64,000 nucleotides of DNA from Parcubacteria group bacterium GW2011_GWA2_48_9 (GCA_001003705.1 LCPQ01000001.1:58008-122007); one strand, 5' to 3'. Shown: positions 39,967-50,788, counted from the stretch's first letter. A program made the numbers and translations. The notes: generated by a model from the letters alone, not told the origin.

Positions 39967-40829
39967 TTACTGTTATCCTAACGAGTTCTACGGAACATTT
40001 TAGAAAACGACTTGAATCCGCTGGCGATATCCAGGTCATGGATTCTGATGTAAATAATGACGGAAAAAGGGTCTTCCCTGATGGTGAGGCCTATGCGAGA
40101 CTTTCTCATGCTGATGAACTTGCGGGTAGGGTCATCATCCTCCATTCAGGTGCACCGTACCCTAACCGCGGGTTGCTTGAGCTGGAGATGCTGATCGAAA
40201 TTGTCAGGAATTCCCCATCTGGTGTTCCTGAGATATTTTTTACATATTTTCCGTATGGGATGCAGGACGCGCAATTTCAAATAGGCGAGATAAATGTAGC
40301 AGATAACATTTTTAGAAAGCTCACATCATACTACGGCATAAAGAAAATTTACACTGTCGACCTCCACTGCGCTGGCAAACTATGGATGGTGAAATATCCA
40401 GTAGTCAACGTCTCCGCACTCGAACTACTGAGAGGCGTGGCATCACAAGAATACCCAGATGCGGTATTTGTCACTCCTGACAGCGGACATGAGCGCCGCA
40501 CCGGTATCAAAGGGGCTAAAAAGACGCGCATACATTCTTATCACTCTGAACTGCATTTTGATGATACCATGAAAAGCCTTGTGGTCGGGAAAACCGTTGC
40601 GGTCGTCGACGACATCCTCGAAACAGGCGGTACATTAGATCATTTTTACGATGAATGTAAAAAATATGGCGCAAAAGAGCTACTTGCACTCATCGCGCAT
40701 GGCATCCTCCGCGATGGGATTAATCGTATAACGAATAAATACAAACAGCTGTATCTCACGAATTCGGTAAACCATCCTGAAACGAACGTAGACATCACCC
40801 CACTCATTATTCAAACACTCAATACTTGA
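39963..40829 (+). CDS. prs: Ribose-phosphate pyrophosphokinase-like protein
   Basis: FPDGE, VDLH, PD.G and VVDDILETGGT PRPP-binding loop. Confidence 0.75.
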   Translation: MITVILTSSTEHFRKRLESAGDIQVMDSDVNNDGKRVFPDGEAYARLSHADELAGRVIILHSGAPYPNRGLLELEMLIEIVRNSPSGVPEIFFTYFPYGMQDAQFQIGEINVADNIFRKLTSYYGIKKIYTVDLHCAGKLWMVKYPVVNVSALELLRGVASQEYPDAVFVTPDSGHERRTGIKGAKKTRIHSYHSELHFDDTMKSLVVGKTVAVVDDILETGGTLDHFYDECKKYGAKELLALIAHGILRDGINRITNKYKQLYLTNSVNHPETNVDITPLIIQTLNT

Positions 40830-40830
40830 T

Positions 40831-42147
40831 ATGCTCCAATCTGATTTCCCATACTACAATACCATTGACCAAATCTACCATACACGGTGGGTTACCGATA
40901 AGCTCGCTAGAATTGAGCGACTACGAGGTATCATTGCCGATCTATGGCCGGCAGGTCATCCGACGCGCTTTATTCATGTCGCTGGTACGAGTGGTAAGGG
41001 CTCTGTATGCAAATTTCTTGAAGCTGGATTTCGAACGATTGGTTCAGCTGGTTCACTTACTGGTCCACATCTTTTCGATTACTGCGAGCGCTTCAGTATT
41101 GGGACGAATGATGTGACACACGCGGATGTTACAGATGCGTGGGAAAACACTGTGCGTCCACTATCGGTAGCCATGGCACGAACTACAGATAAAGAAGGAC
41201 TGGGATTTGGAGAAGTTACTATGCTCATAGCGCTTGTCCTTTTTGAGAGGTACAAATTGCAATGGGCCGCAATCGAGGGATTTGTTGGGGGCAGATATGA
41301 CTACCCAATGGCACTCAATGTTGATGCAACTATTCTTACAAATGTAGGAAACGACCACGCCCATCTGCTAGGCCAAAATAAGTGGCAACGCACATTAGAT
41401 AAAGCTGGTATCTCACGAAAAGGTATCCCACTGATCCTGGGAACCAGCGACCTCGACGTTGTCTCGATAGTTGATTCGGTATGTTCTCACGTTGGTGCCG
41501 AGTTGCTCCCCACCCGGCCTCAAAATACGCAGTATTGCGATGACTACGTCCGCAATCATTCACAGGAAATGCCATCTGATGCCCTCCTCCATGCTACACA
41601 CCAGGTGGTGAATGCTGCTACTGCACTCACAGCATTACAACGGCTCATTCCCCATCCTGATGTGCAGAAAATTATTGGAACGATGGCATCACTTACCATG
41701 CCAGGACGTCTACAACAGATTGAGGAAGGTATTTATATCGATGTTGCACACAACCCCGATAAAATTCTTCGACTTGTCGATGAAGTCAAAAAACGATTTG
41801 TGAACCGAAAGAAGCTTTTTCTCGTTGGATTGTCAAAGAAGCGCTCAGGGAATGAAGTACTCACTCCCATTATGGATATAGCTGACACTGTTATAGTCTC
41901 ATTGCCATCCCACCAAGGTGTCGACCCAATGGAGGTTGGTAAGGAACTTGCGTCCTATAATAAAGGCACGAGGCTAGAAGTGATTCAGAATCCCCAAAAG
42001 GCTATCGCGAAATTGAGGCATCTCCGCAATCACGGCGATGCTATCATCATCACTGGTTCAACATATCTTATAGATGATGCCATCAATCCTGACAGGCTAC
42101 TTCAGCATATTGGCGCCTCTGCCGGATGGAGATCAACTACTGTATAA
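40831..42147 (+). CDS. folC: Folylpolyglutamate synthase / Mur-ligase family (FolC)
   Basis: HVAGTSGKGS, PHL...ER, E..GGRYD, PGR, DVAHN, TGS.Y motifs. Confidence 0.88.
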   Translation: MLQSDFPYYNTIDQIYHTRWVTDKLARIERLRGIIADLWPAGHPTRFIHVAGTSGKGSVCKFLEAGFRTIGSAGSLTGPHLFDYCERFSIGTNDVTHADVTDAWENTVRPLSVAMARTTDKEGLGFGEVTMLIALVLFERYKLQWAAIEGFVGGRYDYPMALNVDATILTNVGNDHAHLLGQNKWQRTLDKAGISRKGIPLILGTSDLDVVSIVDSVCSHVGAELLPTRPQNTQYCDDYVRNHSQEMPSDALLHATHQVVNAATALTALQRLIPHPDVQKIIGTMASLTMPGRLQQIEEGIYIDVAHNPDKILRLVDEVKKRFVNRKKLFLVGLSKKRSGNEVLTPIMDIADTVIVSLPSHQGVDPMEVGKELASYNKGTRLEVIQNPQKAIAKLRHLRNHGDAIIITGSTYLIDDAINPDRLLQHIGASAGWRSTTV

Positions 42148-42157
42148 AGAAAGCTTT

Positions 42158-42286
42158 CTAAAACGCCTCTTCTCCATTTTGCGTCTCTGTTACTTCAAAG
42201 CCGGCATGGTGCAAACTGGCATGAAGAACTCCACGAACTGCTTTTTCGTCTTCAACTATTAAGATTTTTCTTTGTTGCTCTGCCAT
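42158..42286 (-). pseudogene. Truncated response-regulator receiver domain
   Basis: KILIVEDE...GFEV...NGEEAF then TAG; phospho-Asp half absent. Confidence 0.7.
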
Positions 42287-42332
42287 AAGCCTATGATGTA
42301 TAAGTTGTAGGTACTGGTATCTTACAATGCCC

Positions 42333-43145
42333 TTACCTGGCGAGCCAAGAGCGCAAATCGCTGTATGACATAAGGTTGAGGATATTTCCAGGCTTGATGC
42401 CACGGCTAAAAAGACGATTAACCCCAAGGGTCAATTGACTATGCTGACGCGCAGTAAGTTTCCCGGTTTCTCCATCAACGTCAGGATGGATATCAGTCCC
42501 TAGAGAAACCATGGCCCCTACTTCCCCAATTAAATCAATAAAGTTCTCGTCATATTGCCATGAGGTATTGTATTCTACCGCAATGTTATTTTTTTTCGCG
42601 ACGGTAAGTACTTCCCTCCAATTGTCTAATGTAAGCGGAAAAACATACCTCGTCGGGTGGCTAAGAATATGGACTCGCGAAGACTCGAGAGAAGAACGGA
42701 AATCCCGCATTATCACTTGGGGATCTTTTTCATTTAAGCCTCCGTGTCGAGCAATTATCACAATATCAAGTTGTGAAAGTATATAGTCAGGAACCTCTAA
42801 TTTTCCATTGGGCATGATGCTCATCTCCACACCTATCAGAACATGAAAATCCTTTAACTTCCCTTCTGATTGAAGATCATCCATCCGCTGCTGATTTTCG
42901 AGAAGCTCCTTTGCGCGCCGTGCGTCTATGGTATGCGGAGAGACAGGGTTAGTCGGGTGTTGCACTATTGCAACATACTCCATTCCAATATCATTTTTTG
43001 TCATTTCAACCATGTCAAAAAGCGACTGCGGACCGCATGAAACAGGGTCGCCTCGTATCTCACCGGCATGGTGGGTGGAACACTCCGTATGGTGACTATG
43101 GACATGAAGATCCCCCCGCAGACGATACGTTGGTGAGCTGTTCAT
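42333..43145 (-). CDS. PHP-domain phosphoesterase
   Basis: GDLHVHS, GVE, SHP, EYN, GTDIH motifs. Confidence 0.85.
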   Translation of the reverse strand: MNSSPTYRLRGDLHVHSHHTECSTHHAGEIRGDPVSCGPQSLFDMVEMTKNDIGMEYVAIVQHPTNPVSPHTIDARRAKELLENQQRMDDLQSEGKLKDFHVLIGVEMSIMPNGKLEVPDYILSQLDIVIIARHGGLNEKDPQVIMRDFRSSLESSRVHILSHPTRYVFPLTLDNWREVLTVAKKNNIAVEYNTSWQYDENFIDLIGEVGAMVSLGTDIHPDVDGETGKLTARQHSQLTLGVNRLFSRGIKPGNILNLMSYSDLRSWLAR

Positions 43146-43154
43146 ATGTTCTAC

Positions 43155-44004
43155 TCAATATTTTTCTACTTTGATGTGCATCCACTTCTTTCCCTGCGGA
43201 AGTGCCCGTAGAATCAGCCCATGCTTGGCGCCAATTTGTTGAACAACTGACGCCGAATTGATCGATGCCAGTCTGAGCGCGTAGTCAATGTCGCCCGGAC
43301 GTTTAATCAAACCTGCAACAAACCCGGAGCCGTATGCATCACCAGCACCCGTCGTATCGACTGCCTTCACCGGGTTGATCACTACCTTTCTCACTGTCAT
43401 GCCATCGCATACCCATGAACCTTTTTTACCTTCAGTGATCACGGCAATGCCGTCACATACGCGATCCATTCCTCTCACAAAGTGCAACGTGGGTTCTATA
43501 CTTCCTTGCCATAGACAGAGCTTTCTTTAACAGCGGAATGTTCCCTGCTAGCGAAGAGATATAAAACCACCGTGTGCGGGCTTTCGACCAAGAAACGTCG
43601 TTAGGCTGAAGTGTATGACTGACACCACGGTATACGAGAATAGTGCGTTCACCGCTAGAGGTCAAAAAAATAGTCGAATACCCAGTCCGGCCTTCCGGAT
43701 CTGTAATGACAAAAGGGAGATATATGCCATACGACATTAAGAGACGTTTAACTGACTCGCCAGCGGGATCTAAGCCGACTCTCGTTACGACAGCTGTACG
43801 CAGGCCTTGGCGTGAAAAGGTTACAGCAGTATTCGTCGCTCCGCCCCCAACTTCAAAGAGCACATCGTCGAGCTCAACTTTTGTCCCAAACGCGAAACAC
43901 TCCGCCTGCCCAGTAATAAAGCGTTTATCGCGGATAATGCGGAATCGTTTGCTTACCAGGTAGACATCCTGAGTTGCCTGGCCGATAGAAATTACGTCGT
44001 ACAT
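43155..44004 (-). pseudogene. PfkB family carbohydrate kinase, split near 43480
   Basis: GGGATN in the first frame, DTTGAGDAYGSG in the second; NPG and NxxE segments absent. Confidence 0.85.
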
Positions 44005-44005
44005 A

Positions 44006-44986
44006 TTAGCGTTTCCTTCTCAATACAGTATACACCGCTTTAGTGATGTCAGCAGCAGCAAGATGGTATTTTTTCATAAGCTCAGAAGGTTTTCCAGACT
44101 CACCAAAAGTATCCCCTACTCCTATACGTTGAATTGGCACGGGTAGTGCCTCACTCAGGAGCTCCGCTACCGCAGCACCCATCCCTCCAGTAATTTGATG
44201 TTCTTCGGCAGTTACTATCGCACCTGTCTTCTTGGCAGAATGTATAATTGTTCGCCGATCAGCTGGTTTGATGGTGTGATTATTTACTACTTCCACGTGA
44301 ATTCCTTTTGTACGCAAGTTTTTGGCCACCATAAGCGCTTCATACACTAGCGCGCCGCAGGCTATGATAGTAACATCGGTTCCAGGATGATAGATTTCTG
44401 CCTTGCCGATCGCAAAGGGTGTTCTGGGCGTGGTAACCACCGGCACCGCTTCACGCCCCATGCGTATATACACCGGTCCTTTGACCTTCACAGCGGCCAA
44501 TACGGCCTTCTCGGCCTCTAGCGCGTCTACAGGAGCAATAACCGTCATGTTTGGTAGTACGCGCATTATTGCAATGTCTTCGAGTGCTTGATGCGTTGCA
44601 CCGTCAGGCCCCACTGAGATCCCCGCATGTGCCCCAATGATTTTTACATTAGCTTTACTGTAACAGATTGATACGCGAATTTGATCCCAATTCCTCCCTG
44701 GGGAGAAAACTGCATATGAAACAATAAACGGAATTTTTCCTGCTAGTGCAAGACCGGCACTGATTCCCGCCATATTTTGCTCGGCCACACCTATTTCGAA
44801 GAATCTTTCTGGGAACGAATTCCGAAATACGAGCGATCTTGTCGATTCAGTTAAATCGGCACACAAAACCACCACGTTCCGGTTTTTCTTTCCAGCCTTT
44901 ACAACGCCCGTACCGTACCCATCACGCATCGGCACCAATTTTACTCCCCGTGAAAATACACTTGGTGATAGATATAACTTATTCAT
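44006..44986 (-). CDS. Transketolase C-terminal subunit
   Basis: GVAEQN, GPDGATHQ, EEHQ..GG motifs. Confidence 0.93.
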   Translation of the reverse strand: MNKLYLSPSVFSRGVKLVPMRDGYGTGVVKAGKKNRNVVVLCADLTESTRSLVFRNSFPERFFEIGVAEQNMAGISAGLALAGKIPFIVSYAVFSPGRNWDQIRVSICYSKANVKIIGAHAGISVGPDGATHQALEDIAIMRVLPNMTVIAPVDALEAEKAVLAAVKVKGPVYIRMGREAVPVVTTPRTPFAIGKAEIYHPGTDVTIIACGALVYEALMVAKNLRTKGIHVEVVNNHTIKPADRRTIIHSAKKTGAIVTAEEHQITGGMGAAVAELLSEALPVPIQRIGVGDTFGESGKPSELMKKYHLAAADITKAVYTVLRRKR

Positions 44987-45715
44987 GCTCCGAAGTGATT
45001 TTACCTTTGAGCGTCCTCAATGAATTTAGATCCTTCATTGCGCGTACTGCTTCTTGACCTTCCGGCGGTTTCCCATGCCAGTGAAAGTCAAACTCCATAA
45101 AACCAACACCTTTGCCTGGAATTGTATGACAGATAATTGCTACCGGTTTATCCCAAATTGCACGCGCCGTATGGCAGGCATCAATGATCTGTTGGATATT
45201 GTGACCATCTACCTCAAGTACGTGCCAATTGAATGACTCGTATTTTTTTCTGAGGGGCTCGATAGGCATGATGTCCTCCACTGGCCCATCTATTTGGATG
45301 CGAGTCTGCCCGCAAGCGCCATGCCAATAGATTGTGAGAGTCCCTGACCTAGCGGGCCGCTAGTATTTTCAATTCCTGGCAATGAACGATTGTGTGGATG
45401 ACCTTGGAGGCGCGAGTTAATTTTTCGAAGTGTATGGAGCTCTTTTACTGGAAAATAGCCTGCGTGCGCAAGCACTGCATACAGCACCGGAGCGAGATGG
45501 CCTGCGGAAAGTACCAGGCGATCTCGGTCGGGCCACTCGGGGCGCCGAGTATCATACCGCAAAACGCAAAAATAGAGTGCAGTAAATACGTCCGCCATAT
45601 CGAGCGGCCCGGCAGAGTGACCGGAGCCGGCGCTAACGAGCATTTTGATAATATCTTTCCGTATGTGGTTCGCTATCGACTCCAGTTCTGCGATTGAATA
45701 CGAACGTTTCTTCAT
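44979..45715 (-). pseudogene. Transketolase N-terminal subunit, split near 45300
   Basis: GSGHSAG, DRLVLSAGH, LQGHP, SGPLGQG then frame change to IQIDG...HWHGK; TPP-binding (G/S)DG segment absent. Confidence 0.88.
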
Positions 45716-45727
45716 AGCGTCAGTATA

Positions 45728-46366
45728 TCACAGGCCAACACTGCGTCGCACTTCGCGAAGTGCTTCAAGTGGGTCCTGCGCCGAAAAAAGGTAGGAGTTC
45801 ACCGCAAATGAAGTAGCGCCGGCGGCACGCGCTTTTTTCGCCGTATCAGGGGTAACGCCGCCATCCAGCTCGATTGGTAAAAACGGCACCGCAACTCGTA
45901 TCTGCGCTATACGGTCAAGCATTTCTGTATGAAATTCTCCCCCTTCAAATCCCGGCGTGACGCCCAGTACCAGCACTCTATCAACGACCGTAAAGTACGG
46001 CCCGATGCGTTCAAGCGGAGTGGCGGGCGCAATACCGATACCCACTTCCAGCCCTAGTTTTTTCGCTACGGCGATATGGGCGGCAATGTCACCAGACGAC
46101 TCTATGTGAATGATGATTCGTTTTGCACCAGCTTGGTACCAGTCCTGTATATACATAGTGGGATCCTCGACCATGAGCTGCGCTTCAACAGAAAACTTTG
46201 CAAGCTCGGATGGAAATGCTGCTGCCTCTAAAGTAGTGTTACGCGCAAACACACCGTCGACGACATCTATCTGAATCCACGCCGTATGAGCATCGAGTAA
46301 ACTCAGACGTTCATGTGCCACATCTGCCGATTTTACTAGCAGTGTAGGAAGAACTTCTATTTTCAT
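45728..46366 (-). CDS. rpe: Ribulose-phosphate 3-epimerase
   Basis: IDVVDGVF, PGFEG, ELDGGV motifs. Confidence 0.88.
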   Translation of the reverse strand: MKIEVLPTLLVKSADVAHERLSLLDAHTAWIQIDVVDGVFARNTTLEAAAFPSELAKFSVEAQLMVEDPTMYIQDWYQAGAKRIIIHIESSGDIAAHIAVAKKLGLEVGIGIAPATPLERIGPYFTVVDRVLVLGVTPGFEGGEFHTEMLDRIAQIRVAVPFLPIELDGGVTPDTAKKARAAGATSFAVNSYLFSAQDPLEALREVRRSVGL

Positions 46367-46812
46367 CGTTCCAGTTTGGCAATTTTACGTTTTCTGCGCT
46401 GATATCGATCGACGGGTAAAAACGACGAGTGTAACCAGCGAATAACTATTCGTTTCGCAACCCCGAAGGTAACGTAATCTGCTGGAAGACACAGTACATT
46501 CACATCATCCTCTCGTCTACTCCTTGCCGCTACTGACTCTTGCCAGACGGTGCCGGCACGGACCCCGTGAAACTTATTTGCCGCTATGTCCATGCCAATA
46601 CCAGTCGAACAAACGAGAATTCCGAGATTCGCCCTTTTTCCAATTTTTTTCGCGACCAATTTGGCAACATCTGGGTAATCCGCTATTCTCGAGTCGTGTG
46701 TTCCGACATCATGTACGGTATACCCTTGTGTATGTAGAAAAGCGGCTAAACGGTTTTTTAATTTATAACCGCGGTGATCAGCGCCGAGATAGATAATTTG
46801 CTTCAGAATCAT
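46363..46812 (-). CDS. rpiB: Ribose-5-phosphate isomerase B
   Basis: GADHRG, DYPD, CSTGIGMDIAANK motifs. Confidence 0.93.
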   Translation of the reverse strand: MILKQIIYLGADHRGYKLKNRLAAFLHTQGYTVHDVGTHDSRIADYPDVAKLVAKKIGKRANLGILVCSTGIGMDIAANKFHGVRAGTVWQESVAARSRREDDVNVLCLPADYVTFGVAKRIVIRWLHSSFLPVDRYQRRKRKIAKLER

Positions 46813-46818
46813 GGCTAT

Positions 46819-47193
46819 CTACGTGAAATCAACAGGCCGAAAACCTTGCGCGGTAATACTGCATTCTTGCCGCACACGCACCCCGCGCTCTTCAAGATAC
46901 GTTAGCAAAGGTTCGCTCGCCGTACCGGGATTGAGAAACACCTCTTTTACACCCTTGTCAATGATTTGGGGGGCTATGGTGAGCCCCACGTCGGACCTGA
47001 CATAGACACTGGCTACATCTACAGTGCCAGGGATTTCATTCAAGGATTTGTAAGCTTTCAAACCTTCGATGAATTGTTCGTGTAAATTGACAGGATACAC
47101 TTCATACCCGGCGAGCCGAAAAGCGCGTACAGCTTTGTTCCCGAATTTACTACGATCTGCAGACGCGCCAATGATGGCAGCAGTTTTTGTCAT
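46819..47193 (-). CDS. CoA-binding protein (YccU-like)
   Basis: IIGASADRSKFG, VYPVN, NPG motifs. Confidence 0.88.
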   Translation of the reverse strand: MTKTAAIIGASADRSKFGNKAVRAFRLAGYEVYPVNLHEQFIEGLKAYKSLNEIPGTVDVASVYVRSDVGLTIAPQIIDKGVKEVFLNPGTASEPLLTYLEERGVRVRQECSITAQGFRPVDFT

Positions 47194-47255
47194 TGATAGT
47201 GAGGGTTAGTATATATGCAACGGCGTAATCGAATGATTATGGGGTGTACGTGTAA

Positions 47256-48644
47256 CTATTTCTTGCTTTCAGCAAGCGGCAAAAGAACTGTTACCTGTGT
47301 TCCAACACGTTCAATACTATCGACGTATATTTCGCCTTTCATAAGACGTATCAATTCTTTGGTAATCCATAAACCTAACCCCGTACCTGTGACAGAGTTC
47401 GTTTCGCGATTTTGAATCCGATAAAACTTTTCAAATAGCCGCTCTCGATCTTTTCCAGACATCCCTATACCAGTGTCAATAATTTTTACTTCAGCCATAT
47501 GCTCCTTTTGGACAAGCGTTACACGCACAGAACCCTTCAGGGTATACTTAATCGCGTTCCCGATGAGATTAACCAGAACCTGCCGTAAACGGTCCGGGTC
47601 GCACAAGATTTCAGGAAAGGGTTTCTTTGGTTCTTCGAAGCTTACTGTAAGACCATCAGCTTTGGCTTGAGCTTCGAGTTGAATAATCACATTTCTAACG
47701 GCGGCTAACAGGTCATGAGGGGCAATAGACATTTTCAGTCTTCCCTGCTCAATTCGTGACACATTGAGAAGATCTTCAACAAGTTCTGCGAGCTGCTTCG
47801 AAGCGGTTTGAATGAGAAGGAGTTTTTCAAGTACCACTCCTTCCACTGGGCCAAATTGGTTCGTTGTCAACATCTGAAGATACCCTTGAATTCCAGTAAT
47901 TGGCGTCCGAAGTTCATGCGATGCCATAGAAATAAAATCATCCTTCATCTGATCCACTTCCTTGAGTTTACGGAAGAGCATCGCATATTCAAAGAGCCTG
48001 GTATTGGTAATGAGCAGCAGCACGATGATGACAATGGTGATGACGAGGACTAGGACTGAGCGGTTAATATTCTGTTCAGTGAGATCGTCAATGATTTTTG
48101 AAGATATTTTCATCGAAACTAGCGCAACCTTTTCTCCAGCTGAATCTTTCACAGGACTCGTTACTACCCAAAATCGTTCACTGCCCCGATCAGCTTTCGT
48201 ACCTTCAAATGCCGTAGAGATACCAGAAGATTGGGTAGTATATGCGATACTTTCATGCGTTTTCCACGCAATTGTATAGTTAAGAAATGATGTCACCGTC
48301 CCAACAGCAGACGGGTCAACGCTGACAATAACTCGAAAATCCTCGCCGTTAGGTACGAGTACGTCGAGTCCGTAAATTTCATCACTTGCAGAGGTTATTC
48401 GATCAACGTATGACTGTACCTTTTGCAGTTGATCAATATCATCCTGCACTAGTGAGCTGAATAAGCTCGTTGCTAAATACGCTTTTCGCTCGAGTTCCAC
48501 ATCTATAACCTTTTGTGAATTTTGTATCAAGAATACAGAGTTCAGTACCACAGCAATTGGAATCAGTAAAAGCAAAATAACTGCATAGGTAACCTGGAAA
48601 TACTTCCGCAGAAATAAATTTGTGTCCCCGGAAAAAAGACGCAT
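47256..48644 (-). CDS. Membrane sensor histidine kinase
   Basis: Two TM helices, SHELRTP H-box, NLIGNAIKY, DTGIG, GTGLGL. Confidence 0.93.
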   Translation of the reverse strand: MRLFSGDTNLFLRKYFQVTYAVILLLLIPIAVVLNSVFLIQNSQKVIDVELERKAYLATSLFSSLVQDDIDQLQKVQSYVDRITSASDEIYGLDVLVPNGEDFRVIVSVDPSAVGTVTSFLNYTIAWKTHESIAYTTQSSGISTAFEGTKADRGSERFWVVTSPVKDSAGEKVALVSMKISSKIIDDLTEQNINRSVLVLVITIVIIVLLLITNTRLFEYAMLFRKLKEVDQMKDDFISMASHELRTPITGIQGYLQMLTTNQFGPVEGVVLEKLLLIQTASKQLAELVEDLLNVSRIEQGRLKMSIAPHDLLAAVRNVIIQLEAQAKADGLTVSFEEPKKPFPEILCDPDRLRQVLVNLIGNAIKYTLKGSVRVTLVQKEHMAEVKIIDTGIGMSGKDRERLFEKFYRIQNRETNSVTGTGLGLWITKELIRLMKGEIYVDSIERVGTQVTVLLPLAESKK

Positions 48645-48660
48645 ACCTAGCTGTTTAGCA

Positions 48661-50685
48661 TTAAGCCCGTTTCATTCGGACTAATCTGATGAGTACGTAA
48701 ATAAAGAATCCTCCAAGTACTAGGAGAATGGCAATAATTATGTATTCTCGAACTAGTTCTGAAGACGTTGATTCAACATTAGTATACCCGCGCAGGTATT
48801 CTTCCTCATTAACGGCGCGTGCGCTGCGGACAAAGAAAGAGAAGGATGAGCTTTTTTTATCAATCTTTCCTGTTTCGTCGGTGATGGTCGCATAAACCTC
48901 GTGCTTACCGTCAAGAATTTCTTTATCAAGTACATAGCTGAAATTTCCATTCGCGTCAGTCTTTGTTACGACAACTATTGGTGAGCTATAGATAAAGATT
49001 GTAATTGTGGAATATGGGGGGCCAATCCCACTAATAACAATGCTGTTCCCTTGGTCTACAATTGTAGAATTGAATACTGTTATAATCTGCAAGTCTTCAG
49101 AGGTGATTCCTGATGTGATCGGGTTATCTACTGGCAAACCTTTTACAAAGGTGTTGAACTCTTCGGCACCTTGGGATCCAATGCCATCCTCAAGGGATCC
49201 CGATCCGCCAGGGTTTTCTCCAGCTAATACCTCCTCTGCGTCGAGACGTCCGTCACTATCACTGTCAAGAGTATTCGGATTAAGGCCATACTGTTCTTCA
49301 ACTGTATTAGGAATACCGTCGCCATCGTCATCGGCAGGCATGGGCGAATATTCCACAGGTGTAGTTGCAGTCGACGTGTTTGAAATATGCAATTGAACGG
49401 GCTTACTTGCATAGAGATCGCCCGATAGCATTTCCACTCGGGCTATTATTTCATAGGTAGCATTCTCAGTGCCACTAGTGTCCCACTGTGTTTTCCATAC
49501 GTCACCTTCATTATTACCTACACCAATGAAAATATTACTCCGTGAACCGTTTAAATAAAAAGATGTGAGCTTAATGTTCGATCCACTAACTTTTGCTGAA
49601 AGTTCGACAGTGCCCTGAACCGTGGCTCCAGAACTCGGTGAAATGATATTTATAATGGGCGGCGCAGCTTGTTCATCCCCCGAGGTATTGGTAGACGAGT
49701 TAGTAGTATTTGTGTTGTTATTCGAATTGGACGCATCGCTGCTAGGCTGACTAACACATTCACGGGATGTTTCCGGTTTCCCCGCATCAGTATTGCATGC
49801 GTGAGAATCAACACAATTTCGCGTCTGACTTTTACTGATACAAACCGACCAAGTGCCACACTCCCATTGTACGGCACAGAGTGGTGCATTTGAGACTTCA
49901 ATCCAGCGGGTGTATACAGATTCTAAAAAGACACCTGGGCGGGTCTTTATGTTTAACCTGACTTCATAATTTCCATCCGGCACCGATGTGGTGTCCCAGG
50001 TACTTGACCATACTGAAAGCGATGGCGATGACTGCGCTCTCGTTGCGGCTTGACTGACGGTGACTGGCCCGGATTCGCGAATATGAACTTCCGCAGCTTC
50101 GCCAGGGAGGGTGGCCGTAATCGTCACCACGCCAGAAGCTTTTTGTTGGTCGCCTGAAAAAGAAAGCTGGTAAGTATTGTGGATGTAGATTGGTCCGAAT
50201 ACTGGAGGCAGTCCAGCACTATTGGAAAGTTGAAGAGGTGACCCGGCAGTATCCTTTGCAAATACGTTTACAGAATACGAACCATTGGGAATATGCATAG
50301 TTTCGCAACGAAGACGCCATATCCCTGTAGTATCGTGCGATATAGTCTCGCAATGGCCATCAGCTATTATATTTCCCTGCTGAAGATATGTAATGCCTAC
50401 AGCCGCAGTTATTCCATCCGGCACAAAGCGTATATGAAATTCCGATTGCCCTTGCAGGACAGGTGGTTGCACTGATGATGTGTCGGGCGAAATTATATAT
50501 ACGATTGAAACAGTCCCCGAGCCCGGGATCGTTACCTGATCACTTGGAGGGTTCACCTGCGCAGATACATGGAAAGAAACCCCAAATACTACAGATGAAA
50601 TAGCATACGTACAAACTACAACTCCTGCCAGGGTTGCGAGTGTCTGTTTCAAAGTATATGAAAAATGTATTTTCTTTGCCTCCAT
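48661..50685 (-). CDS. Membrane-anchored surface protein with Ig-like domains, Cys-rich module and Ca-binding repeats
   Basis: WDT..V.DG.Y Big domains, CxxxWxCxxWxxC module, DxDGDG repeats, N- and C-terminal TM helices. Confidence 0.8.
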   Translation of the reverse strand: MEAKKIHFSYTLKQTLATLAGVVVCTYAISSVVFGVSFHVSAQVNPPSDQVTIPGSGTVSIVYIISPDTSSVQPPVLQGQSEFHIRFVPDGITAAVGITYLQQGNIIADGHCETISHDTTGIWRLRCETMHIPNGSYSVNVFAKDTAGSPLQLSNSAGLPPVFGPIYIHNTYQLSFSGDQQKASGVVTITATLPGEAAEVHIRESGPVTVSQAATRAQSSPSLSVWSSTWDTTSVPDGNYEVRLNIKTRPGVFLESVYTRWIEVSNAPLCAVQWECGTWSVCISKSQTRNCVDSHACNTDAGKPETSRECVSQPSSDASNSNNNTNTTNSSTNTSGDEQAAPPIINIISPSSGATVQGTVELSAKVSGSNIKLTSFYLNGSRSNIFIGVGNNEGDVWKTQWDTSGTENATYEIIARVEMLSGDLYASKPVQLHISNTSTATTPVEYSPMPADDDGDGIPNTVEEQYGLNPNTLDSDSDGRLDAEEVLAGENPGGSGSLEDGIGSQGAEEFNTFVKGLPVDNPITSGITSEDLQIITVFNSTIVDQGNSIVISGIGPPYSTITIFIYSSPIVVVTKTDANGNFSYVLDKEILDGKHEVYATITDETGKIDKKSSSFSFFVRSARAVNEEEYLRGYTNVESTSSELVREYIIIAILLVLGGFFIYVLIRLVRMKRA

Positions 50686-50735
50686 AGCTTACAACGATGT
50701 TATTATGATACCATTTTTTTGCCTTTTTGTCAAAG

Positions 50736-50770
50736 AAAAAACCCCTCGCCGTTTGCTGTGACGAGGGGGT
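50736..50770 (-). terminator. Rho-independent terminator
   Basis: CCCCTCG/CGAGGGG stem with a U-run on the minus strand. Confidence 0.65.
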
Positions 50771-50788
50771 GATCGCTCCTCCACCCAC

